DNA from: Verrucomicrobiota bacterium
Lineage (GTDB): Bacteria > Verrucomicrobiota > Verrucomicrobiia > Chthoniobacterales > Terrimicrobiaceae
Reading direction: 5' to 3'
DNA: 52,664 nucleotides
Assembly: GCA_009886045.1 (NCBI GenBank)
Contig: VFJO01000179.1
Span: 1-52,664, forward strand
In this document: one piece after another, positions 26,298 to 34,102 of the stretch
How the letters are laid out: the number at the start of each line of letters is the position of its first letter
Position numbering within the stretch: the stretch's first letter is position 1
The notes under the pieces: generated by a model
The model's input: the letters and a program-made list of their open reading frames with translations, nothing else
Told to the model about the DNA's origin: nothing
Database searches by the model: none
Program-made: the position numbers and the translations under genes

Positions 26298-27290
26298 TCA
26301 AGCACGACAAGCCGCATCGATCTCTGAAAATTCCTCAGGTGCGATCGGGGGGGATTTCAAAGCTGCGACATTGCCTTTGATTTGTTGAAGAGAACTGGCA
26401 CCGATCAGGACCGAAGTGACGGCAGGCCGAGCCAGCAACCACGCCAGCGCAAACTGAGCGAGCGTCTGGCCTCTCCGTTCTGCAATGGCCGCGAGAGCGC
26501 GAATGCGGCGCATTTTTTCCTCAGTAATTTGACTGGGCTTCAAAAAACCATGCGGCTTGCTTGCCCTCGAACCCTCTTGGATGCCGTTGAGATAACGGTC
26601 GGTCAAGAGACCTTGTGCCAGTGGGGAAAACGCAATGCAACCGGCGCCGACTTCGAGCAGAACTTCGGAGAGTCCTTCTTCAACCCAGCGGTTGAATAAA
26701 TTATACGAAGGCTGGTGGATGAGGAGTGGCGCGCCTGCAGCTGCGAGCAGATGAGCTGCACGACGGGTCATTTCAGCGGGATAATTCGAAACGCCCACAT
26801 AGAGAGCCTTGCCTGAGCGAACGGCCTGAACGAGCGCGCCGATGGTCTCCTCGAGAGGCGTTTCAGGATCGGGACGATGGCTGTAAAAAACATCCACGTA
26901 ATCGAGCCGAAGTCGCTTGAGGCTTTGATCCAAGCTGGAGAGGAGTGTTTTTCTCGAGCCCCATTCCCCATATGGACCGGGCCACATATAATAACCTGCC
27001 TTGGTCGAGACGATCAATTCATCACGATGGCTGCAAAGGTCGGTTTGCAAGATTTTTCCGAAAGTCTCCTCCGCGCTGCCGGGAAGCGGGCCGTAATTGT
27101 TTGCAAGGTCGAAGTGCGTGATACCCAGGTCGAAGGAACCAAGGACCATTTCTCGACTATTTTGAAAAACATCGACGCTTCCAAAATTATGCCAGAGCCC
27201 TAATGAGACGGCAGGAAGTAGCAAGCCGCTTCGGCCACAGCGGCGGTATGGGATTTGATTGTACCGGTTGGATGAGGGAAGGTGGGACAT
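26298..27290 (-). CDS. Aldo-keto reductase, YghZ/Gpr-like
   Basis: The N-terminus RYNQIPYRRCGRSGLLLPAVSLGLWHNFG closely parallels E. coli YghZ (from memory). The ATG at 27290 lies 2 nt after the stop of the upstream GNAT-like gene. Confidence 0.85.
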   Translation of the reverse strand: MSHLPSSNRYNQIPYRRCGRSGLLLPAVSLGLWHNFGSVDVFQNSREMVLGSFDLGITHFDLANNYGPLPGSAEETFGKILQTDLCSHRDELIVSTKAGYYMWPGPYGEWGSRKTLLSSLDQSLKRLRLDYVDVFYSHRPDPETPLEETIGALVQAVRSGKALYVGVSNYPAEMTRRAAHLLAAAGAPLLIHQPSYNLFNRWVEEGLSEVLLEVGAGCIAFSPLAQGLLTDRYLNGIQEGSRASKPHGFLKPSQITEEKMRRIRALAAIAERRGQTLAQFALAWLLARPAVTSVLIGASSLQQIKGNVAALKSPPIAPEEFSEIDAACRA

Positions 27291-27292
27291 AG

Positions 27293-28441
27293 TTAAAAGG
27301 AAAGCGGCTTTTGAAAGATACCCCACTCACGATCAGGCTCTCCACCAACAATTTGACAAAAATCAATAATCTCAGCATTGGTGTCTTCAAGCCAACCGAG
27401 CGTGGCGTCGGTGTAATGTTTCTTGGCTTCAGAAAATTGCTCATGCACGAGCCAAGCGTGAAGACCACGATCACGGAAGGCAGGCACGACACCGAGCACA
27501 GTTTGGCGGCAAGTTTTGATCTTGCGGGTCTTCATCAAAACAAAAATATGTAAGAGGCGGAGCCAGTGCGGCGTGTTTTTCGCAGCGGCAAGGATTTCGT
27601 TGAAATTTGGCAACGTGATGGCCACACCAGCATCGCGACCTTGGCATTCGCCAATGAGAAGAAGGCGTGGATCGGCGATCGCCTTGATATCTGCCGCCGA
27701 GTCGAGCAAATCTTCCATACCAATCGGAACGAAACCCCAATTCCTCTCGAGTGTGGCATTGTAAACCTCACGCACGATTTTTAACTCCTCGTTCAAACGC
27801 TTAAAATGAAAAGGACGGGTCGTGAGATTTGCCCGCTTTTTAAGACGCTTCACGATGCGCAGGAATCTTTCTGGCGCGTTGCGACGGTGAAGTGGAAGGT
27901 TGAGGACGGAAAGGGTGCGGACTTTATTGAAATCAAGCCCCGTGAGCAGATCGGCATAATAAAAGGGATTCCAAGGCAAGCTGATGACAGGCTGCTTTTC
28001 AAAGCCATTGAGAAGCACGCCGCAGTCATCATTGATGCTGGGATTATATGGACCCCGTATCGCTTCCAGACCAGCTTCACGCAGAACGTCGGCCACTTTT
28101 TCAAAGAGGACTCGGGCAACAGCAGGCTCATCCACGCAATCGAAAAAACCAAAGAAGCCGATCTGATCTTTGTGATATTCGTTGTGAGAACGATTCACAA
28201 TCGCCGCAATACGGCCGATAGGGCGACCGTCACGCTCAGCAATAAAAGGGGTAATCGATCCGTGGCGACGCTGGAAAGTTGAGTCCGGAGCGAGGAATTT
28301 TGCTACGCTACCGGGAAACGGCGGCACAAAGGCCGGATTCGTTTTGTGAATGATCTCCGCCGTTCTCTCGAACCGCTTCCGTTGCGACGGAGTCCGGCAA
28401 ACGGAAATCGAAAATGTTTTTACGTCGTCCTGGATTGGCAT
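27293..28441 (-). CDS. Large (~380-aa) GNAT-like N-acyltransferase family protein
   Basis: The pattern ..NPAFVPPFPGS....L.P...F..HG....FIAERDGRPIGRIAAIVN..HN is typical of a family of ~390-aa GNAT-superfamily proteins. The likely start is the ATG at 28441 or 28453. The upstream part of track ORF 27293..28645 overlaps the Spt gene and looks non-coding in that frame. Confidence 0.7.
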   Translation of the reverse strand: MPIQDDVKTFSISVCRTPSQRKRFERTAEIIHKTNPAFVPPFPGSVAKFLAPDSTFQRRHGSITPFIAERDGRPIGRIAAIVNRSHNEYHKDQIGFFGFFDCVDEPAVARVLFEKVADVLREAGLEAIRGPYNPSINDDCGVLLNGFEKQPVISLPWNPFYYADLLTGLDFNKVRTLSVLNLPLHRRNAPERFLRIVKRLKKRANLTTRPFHFKRLNEELKIVREVYNATLERNWGFVPIGMEDLLDSAADIKAIADPRLLLIGECQGRDAGVAITLPNFNEILAAAKNTPHWLRLLHIFVLMKTRKIKTCRQTVLGVVPAFRDRGLHAWLVHEQFSEAKKHYTDATLGWLEDTNAEIIDFCQIVGGEPDREWGIFQKPLSF

Positions 28442-29648
28442 AGGCAGGGTCATCAAAAGTTCCCAACTCGCGTGCGAGTTTCGCAAAAATTTCCAACACA
28501 CGATCGAGATCATCGTCGGAGTGGGTGGCCATGAAGCTCGTACGAACGATCGCCTCACCATAGCGCACGGCAGGATAGATAGCAGGTGTGGCAAAGATTC
28601 CCTCTTCGAAAAGGCGCTGGGTGAAAATAAAGGCTTTGGCCTCACTTCCTATGAGGATCGGTACGATGGGCGTCTTGGTTTCACCGATATTAAAACCAAT
28701 GCGCTTGAAGCCTTCGTGCATCTTGCGCGTATTCCGCCAGAGCGCCGCAATCCGCCACTCTTCTTCCTGCATAAGCTCGAGGGCTTTCTTCACTGCGCCC
28801 ACCACGGCAGGCGCTAGCGCAGCAGTAAAAATAAGGCAACGAGCGCGATGTTTCAGATACTCGACCATCTGGGCATTGCCCGCGATGAACCCTCCCATGG
28901 ATCCAAGAGACTTTGAAAAGGTGCCCATGGTGATATCCACATCGGCTTTGAGGCCGAAATGATCTACCGTACCCCGCCCCTGTCGACCAAGCACGCCAAG
29001 CGAATGCGCCTCGTCCACGTACACGAAAGCCCCATGACGTTTCGCCGTCGGGATGATCTCAGGCAGGTTCGCGATGTCACCCGACATACTAAAAACACCG
29101 TCCATAATGACCAATCGGCCAGATTCTTCGGGTAGGCGCTTGAGCCTATTTTCAAGTGATGAGGGCGAGTTGTGACGAAAAGGAACCAGCTTAGCGGGCG
29201 CGAACTGGCATCCATCGATGATACTCGCGTGGTTCTCGCGGTCGCAAAGGATGGAGTCGCCATCCTCGGTCAGAGCAATGAGGGCACCTTGGTTTGCAAA
29301 AAAGCCCGTAGAAAAAAGAATAGCATCTTCGCAACCGAGAAACTCGGCGAGAGCTTCTTCAAGTTCCACATGAAGCTTGATTGTGCCGTTCAGAAGACGT
29401 GAACCAGTGCACCCAGCTCCATATCGTCGGGTGGCAGCGCACGCAGCCTCCACCACGCGCGGATCCTGAGCAAGACCGAGGTAGTTATTCGAACCGATCA
29501 TGATTTTGCGCTCCCCTTCGCAAATCACATAGTTTCCGTGGGGCTCCTCGATAGATCGAAAATAAGGATAAAACCCTTGAGCTCGCGCATCTGCGCTGTC
29601 CCTGTATTCCCTGCACTTTTGAAAGAGATCTCTTGGTCCTTTAGCCAT
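28308..29648 (-). CDS. spt: Alpha-oxoamine synthase, serine palmitoyltransferase-like
   Basis: The PLP-lysine block GTFSKSLGSMGGF and the segment PFRHNSPSSLENRLKRLPEE match Sphingomonas SPT (GTFSKSVGTVGGF; RFRHNSVEDLDKRLGRLPKE, from memory) better than BioF or Kbl. The start is taken at the ATG at 29648; the track start at 29678 is a GTG. Confidence 0.8.
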   Translation of the reverse strand: MAKGPRDLFQKCREYRDSADARAQGFYPYFRSIEEPHGNYVICEGERKIMIGSNNYLGLAQDPRVVEAACAATRRYGAGCTGSRLLNGTIKLHVELEEALAEFLGCEDAILFSTGFFANQGALIALTEDGDSILCDRENHASIIDGCQFAPAKLVPFRHNSPSSLENRLKRLPEESGRLVIMDGVFSMSGDIANLPEIIPTAKRHGAFVYVDEAHSLGVLGRQGRGTVDHFGLKADVDITMGTFSKSLGSMGGFIAGNAQMVEYLKHRARCLIFTAALAPAVVGAVKKALELMQEEEWRIAALWRNTRKMHEGFKRIGFNIGETKTPIVPILIGSEAKAFIFTQRLFEEGIFATPAIYPAVRYGEAIVRTSFMATHSDDDLDRVLEIFAKLARELGTFDDPAYANPGRRKNIFDFRLPDSVATEAVRENGGDHSQNESGLCAAVSR

Positions 29649-29776
29649 CAATTTAGTAAGCAAGATTTGCACTTGCACATGAGAAGTAAATCATTTTCCA
29701 AGCTTGATACAAGGCGCGTGCATTGTCTGGACATTACGTACGAAGCTCCCTTTTGGGTGCAGAAAATATTTCCTTT

Positions 29777-31150
29777 TTATTCCAAGGAATAGTTGCGCCC
29801 CGATTCTGGAACGATCACCTCGGTTCCACGAAGTTCTCGGAAAAGCGCCAATTGGAACCAATCGAGAGCTGGACGATCCCCATGAACGAGCAGAACCTTC
29901 GAAGGCCGCAGGAGGATCGCATAGTTCCGGAGGGTCTCACGATTTGTGTGCGCGCTAAAACTAAACTCACGCACATCGCATTGCAGAGGAATGGCAGGGT
30001 GATTCTTATCTAGGATGATCTCGTCACCGGGTGAGGCTTTACGAATCGATGCGGAAGGGGAGTCTGGATCCGAGTAACCGACAAAAAACAAATGTTGCGA
30101 GGAATCACCGATAATTTTGCGAGCTAATATATTGGAGAGTGTGTGCTCAGTCATCATACCGCTCGAGAGAGCGTAAATGGCACGCTTCCGAGGTTGAACG
30201 CTTTCAATCTCGCGACCGGAGAGCACATAGGGAGCCATTTCTTGGAGCAATTGCAACTCGGGGTGGTTGCGCACTGAGGTCGACGCTGTGGCATCATAGA
30301 CCATCGTAACCTTCACACTCAGCCCCCCGATGTAGATGGGAATATTACCGATCTCCCCGCGTAGCCTCATTTTCCAGAGCAGCGCAAGGACCTCTTGAGT
30401 TTTTCCGAGTGCAAAAACGGGAATCGTCACGGTGCCACCATTGGCGATCGCCGTGCTGACCGCGCGAGAGAATCGCTCTTCCTCGTTAGCGCGAGAGAAA
30501 ACAACCGGCGTCGGCGAGTCGCCACGCGTGGTTTCCATGAGCAAATAGTCAACGCCCCCCTCAGGAAAATCGGCGCCCATCATGATCGTTTGACTCTCAA
30601 AATTCACATCACCTGTGTAGAAGAACGACTTTCCGGCGTGCCGGATGAGAACACCCACCGAACCAAGAATGTGACCGGAATGGTAGAACTCGAATGTGAC
30701 ATCGCTTTCAAGCTCGCTGAGTTCGCCCGCAAGGTTGCGACGCTCTCGAAGCCGGCATAGAACCCAAGCCTGGCGGCAAAGATCCACTCCACGGTGCGTG
30801 TAGAGGGGATACTCCATGAGATTGAGCTCATCGCGCTGACGCGTCATCACATTCACCGAATTATGGAGCATGATATCAGCAATCGTCGCAGTCTCACTCG
30901 TCATGAAAACCGGGCACTGCGGCTCGCGGCGGGTTAAAACAGGAAGCGATCCGATGTGGTCTTGATGGGCATGGGTGATGATGATGGCATCCACACATCC
31001 CTCGGGAAGACTGGCCAGTTGCGGCGTAGCACCCAACCCGTCAATTTTTGGATCAGCCCCCGCATCAAGAATGATATTTTTTCCACCGACTCGTAACCAG
31101 TAACAATTTGAGGCGATTCCAAGATGACGAGTGAGATTAACAAATTCCAT
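29777..31150 (-). CDS. MBL-fold metallo-hydrolase, beta-CASP (RNase J/CPSF-like) family
   Basis: It has the HxHxDH motif (ITHAHQDHIGSLP). The 457-aa length and C-terminal motifs (..FSAH.., LVHGD) are typical of beta-CASP proteins. Confidence 0.8.
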   Translation of the reverse strand: MEFVNLTRHLGIASNCYWLRVGGKNIILDAGADPKIDGLGATPQLASLPEGCVDAIIITHAHQDHIGSLPVLTRREPQCPVFMTSETATIADIMLHNSVNVMTRQRDELNLMEYPLYTHRGVDLCRQAWVLCRLRERRNLAGELSELESDVTFEFYHSGHILGSVGVLIRHAGKSFFYTGDVNFESQTIMMGADFPEGGVDYLLMETTRGDSPTPVVFSRANEEERFSRAVSTAIANGGTVTIPVFALGKTQEVLALLWKMRLRGEIGNIPIYIGGLSVKVTMVYDATASTSVRNHPELQLLQEMAPYVLSGREIESVQPRKRAIYALSSGMMTEHTLSNILARKIIGDSSQHLFFVGYSDPDSPSASIRKASPGDEIILDKNHPAIPLQCDVREFSFSAHTNRETLRNYAILLRPSKVLLVHGDRPALDWFQLALFRELRGTEVIVPESGRNYSLE

Positions 31151-31229
31151 GACAAACCAATTTGGGCAGGCATTGAGAGTTCCTCAATGTTAAAAATCCA
31201 GCCAACGTTCAGCAATCGTTCAGAGGTTG

Positions 31230-31643
31230 TTAAATCCTACCCTCGTCGGCGTCGATATATTGGAACATCGTCTGAATGTCGTCGCGATTCTGGAACCCAC
31301 TTTCTTTCTTTCGACCAACAAGGCGTTCGCTGAGTTCATCGTTCCAGCCACGTTTGAACATGAAGCTATTCCAGATCTCGATCTGTTCCTCAGTTGGGCG
31401 CGTGCCATTTTGGAAACACCATTCGAGAATTTCCTCATCGGAACCACCTGCGAGCACACGGTTCTTAAGGTCGGAATAATTCACAGCGAGAAATGTCGAA
31501 AGGCGTTCGTCAAAACCCTGCCCGAGATTCGCATGGAGATCGGGATGCAAGTCGGCCGAGGCCATCAGGCGGATTTTATCCATCATACGTGCAAAATAAA
31601 CGAGACCACCGACCTGATCCTTTGGCGAGCGAGGGTATTTCAT
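31230..31643 (-). CDS. DUF5069 domain protein
   Basis: From the ATG at 31643 the protein begins MKYPRSPKDQVGGLVYFARMMDKIRL, the typical DUF5069 N-terminus. The upstream part of track ORF 31230..31784 is probably not translated. Confidence 0.65.
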   Translation of the reverse strand: MKYPRSPKDQVGGLVYFARMMDKIRLMASADLHPDLHANLGQGFDERLSTFLAVNYSDLKNRVLAGGSDEEILEWCFQNGTRPTEEQIEIWNSFMFKRGWNDELSERLVGRKKESGFQNRDDIQTMFQYIDADEGRI

Positions 31644-31884
31644 AATGTCACAGCATGGCAGCTCGGGGTCATAGGTGCAAAGAATCAAAAAATGAAACAC
31701 CCCACAAAAGTTGAAGCCCGTCGCAGCGAGTGCTACAACGGGCTTCTGTTCCCCCCAGAACAAATCCAAACTAACACCCGCCACTCGGGGCGCAAGACTT
31801 TTTTCAAATTATTTTTTGCCAGCAGGAAGTTCGCAGAAAATTTGTCGTGCGAATCGCGAGTGGGTTTCGAGAAGGCCAGAGTAA

Positions 31885-32290
31885 TCAAATGCCTGGCTGA
31901 GTTCCAATCACGAGCCTTCGGCGATCGGAGCACAAAGATCTGAGACCCTGCAGAAGTGATCTATCAGACGTCGCAGCCGCTAGGGACTGAATGGCGCCAC
32001 CGAGGGCAGATCCTTCAGCACTCGGCATCGTAACAACAGGGTGCCCGAAAATATCGGCGAGCATCTGGCGCCAGACCGAGCTTTTACTTCCAGCGGCAGT
32101 GAGACGAATTTCCGATGGGCGCATACCGAGACTTTCCATGCGGCGGAGTCCATAGCCCACTGTGACAACTTGGTAACGCTGAGGTCTTTTTTGACCTGCC
32201 ACTCCTACAAAGGCAACGAGAGTGTCGGCGCTCCCGTGAATCGAGAGAGGATTGCATCTCCTGCCTTCGATGGAGCAAATGTCTATAGCT
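31885..32290 (-). pseudogene. C-terminal remnant (~130 aa) of an FGGY-family sugar kinase (xylulokinase-like)
   Basis: The translation ..LGMRPSEIRLTAAGSKSSVWRQMLADIFGHPVVTMPSAEGSALGGAI.. matches the C-terminal FGGY block (..IR..GGGA+S..W.Q..ADI.G.PV......E..ALGAA). The roughly 350 N-terminal residues expected upstream are missing. Confidence 0.5.
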
Positions 32291-32317
32291 AGTGCAAAAC
32301 CCTTTGACTTCGAAATT

Positions 32318-32743
32318 TTATATTGATACTAACGCAAGTCCTTCCTTAGCAGCAGCAGCTGAGAGATTTTCGTCTAAAGTGAGAAATGGCAATTGATCGA
32401 TTTGAGAACCCCCAAAAAACAAGGCGCTAGCGAGTTGGAAAGCGTCTGCGGCGCGCAATGGATGAGTCATAAGCAACCTACGTGCAATTCGGCGCAATTC
32501 GATATTTGGCTGAATCTCATATGCCTCATTAAGAATCTTTGAAAGGTTGGCCTCCGCAAGCGATACGGATAGGCGGTCCAATCCACCTTCCCTCTCCCTG
32601 CGCGCCAACGCAGAGAGGCACTCCGTTTCAGTGCCCCACCACACCACCTTGTCCTTATCGGTTTGCGTCAACTCCCAGAGGAAGTCGGACGCCTCTTCTT
32701 TCGCGAGCAACGGCACAATCGCCGAACTATCCCAGAACTTCAT
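32318..32743 (-). CDS. vapC: PIN-domain toxin VapC
   Basis: This 141-aa protein has the acidic PIN residues in the expected context (FWDSSA.., TETEC, AADAFQLA, LTLDENL). It has a 4-bp overlap with the upstream antitoxin gene. Confidence 0.85.
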   Translation of the reverse strand: MKFWDSSAIVPLLAKEEASDFLWELTQTDKDKVVWWGTETECLSALARREREGGLDRLSVSLAEANLSKILNEAYEIQPNIELRRIARRLLMTHPLRAADAFQLASALFFGGSQIDQLPFLTLDENLSAAAAKEGLALVSI

Positions 32744-33039
32744 CGACTACTTCTCCTTTCTTGCAAAAGGCACTCCGAAAGCGGAAAACAAGCCTTCACC
32801 TCCAGCGATTTGGTTTGTTCCGCGGATTTGGAATTCCCGAGTGGGCTTTTCAGATGCCCCAGCGCTGCTAAGTGCGCGACTCGACTCGACCAGTTTCCAG
32901 AATGTTGCGCAGGCGTAAAAGGAATCAAAATCGCAATAGGCGTATTCCTATCTAAAATCACAACATCATTCCCACCAGCCACTTTTTCAAGATATTTGCT
33001 TAAATTGTTTTTTACTGTAGATATATTGGCTTGCAGCAT
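32740..33039 (-). CDS. vapB: Type II antitoxin (Phd/YefM-like N-terminus)
   Basis: This 99-aa protein has an N-terminus (ISTVKNNLSKYLEKVAGGNDVVILDRNTPIAILIP) typical of Phd/YefM-type antitoxins. It is translationally coupled to vapC. Confidence 0.75.
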   Translation of the reverse strand: MLQANISTVKNNLSKYLEKVAGGNDVVILDRNTPIAILIPFTPAQHSGNWSSRVAHLAALGHLKSPLGNSKSAEQTKSLEVKACFPLSECLLQERRSSR

Positions 33040-33045
33040 GTAGAC

Positions 33046-33073
33046 ATCATAGACTGATTTTGTTGAATGTCAA
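33046..33073 (-). promoter_or_regulatory. Sigma70-like promoter of vapBC, probably giving a leaderless or near-leaderless mRNA
   Basis: The minus strand reads TTGACA-16 nt-TATGAT-gtctac-ATG. The -10 box ends 6 nt before the start codon. The direct repeat GTCTA-N4-GTCTA overlaps the -10 box and is a possible operator. Confidence 0.45.
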
Positions 33074-33285
33074 ATCCCCTTTGGAATGCTCAAAATATCA
33101 GACCTAAGAACGCTAAGGTTCTACTCGACCTGATGCTCCAACAAAGCCAATGGAATGTTGGTGCTACTGCCTAGCTTGGTTATCCCTCCTCGGATTGAAG
33201 AAATGTCAATAATTAATGCCCGGCCTAACTTAGATTTCCTCGACGTTCAAAGATCAACATCGGCTCAGACCAGTGGGATTTCTTT

Positions 33286-33373
33286 AACCACGAATAGAAG
33301 GCACAATTTGCACGAATGAGGCGCGACTTCACCGAAGAATTTCATCACCAGTATGATTCGTGTTCATTCGAGG
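33286..33373. repeat. Imperfect inverted repeat built from CACGAAT-type units
   Basis: The left arm is aaccacgaatagaaggcacaatttgcacgaatgagg and the right arm is gattcgtgttcattcgagg. The architecture (AACCAC + short-unit arms) is analogous to the CCACGGAGG elements at 4618-6096. Confidence 0.3.
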
Positions 33374-33694
33374 CATTTGACTCAATCGCTCCACCTCATT
33401 CGCAGTTCGGGCCAAACATAGGTTGCTCCACCTCATGCCCGCCCAGATATTCGGTTGCGGTTCATATGTTCAGCGCTTAGACATCCGAGTAGGATGGGCT
33501 CATTCGGTTTCGTAGAGGATTAGGTGTCTGAAGCTGCTGATGTCTCGAAGACAAGTCGTGCCATCAAATCGACGATCTAATCTCCGCTTCTGGACAACTC
33601 TTGTCATTGTTTGCGTGGCAAGCGATTTTCATTCGGAAAATGCTGGGTTTCTCCACGAACATATCGCGCAAATCGAACGACCACGGCCTCGTGA

Positions 33695-34096
33695 TCAAGA
33701 TCCGTAGCTTTTGCTGAAGCGCTTGCGGGACTCGGGCTCAGACTCTGCTGCCACAGCGGCCTGCTCGGGCGCAGCTTCGACTACAGGCGCGGCGGACTGG
33801 CTCGATGCGGGGGCAGGGTTTTTTGAGGCTTGCAGATAGGCTAGGCGGAGATCGGAAAGGACGTTGGTGAGCATTTGCACCTCGTCAGCACTCAGATTGC
33901 CTCGGGTTTTCTCCTGTAGCATTTCGATCTGGTCGATAAACATACGGGCAAAGTCGAGATTAACCTCGGGTTGGCCTGTTTGGGGATTTGGCACATGGCC
34001 AAGAAACATGGCAGCCTGCTGGGCCTGCATCATAACGAGTTCGATGAAACGTTGTGTCATTTCACCGGACTGGGTGGCGGATTGGATTTCGGGCAT
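33695..34096 (-). CDS. DUF1844 domain protein
   Basis: The segment ..MFLGHVPNPQTGQPEVNLDFARMFIDQIEMLQEKTRGNLSADE.. is the characteristic DUF1844 core, followed by an acidic Ala/Ser-rich tail. Confidence 0.7.
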   Translation of the reverse strand: MPEIQSATQSGEMTQRFIELVMMQAQQAAMFLGHVPNPQTGQPEVNLDFARMFIDQIEMLQEKTRGNLSADEVQMLTNVLSDLRLAYLQASKNPAPASSQSAAPVVEAAPEQAAVAAESEPESRKRFSKSYGS

Positions 34097-34102
34097 ATGG
34101 TA

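Noticed and set aside
26298-27290. Treating the aldo-keto reductase as a dedicated ceramide/3-keto-sphinganine reductase.
   Set aside because: I did not make this a feature call. Its N-terminus looks like a housekeeping YghZ/Gpr-type enzyme. Only the 2-nt spacing to the GNAT gene supports pathway membership, so it stays as a hypothesis in the findings.
31227-31943. A 238-aa plus-strand ORF covering the DUF5069 locus.
   Set aside because: The opposite strand encodes a recognisable DUF5069 N-terminus (MKYPRSPKDQVGGLVYFARMMDKIR). The plus-strand product has no motif and spans what looks like intergenic DNA.
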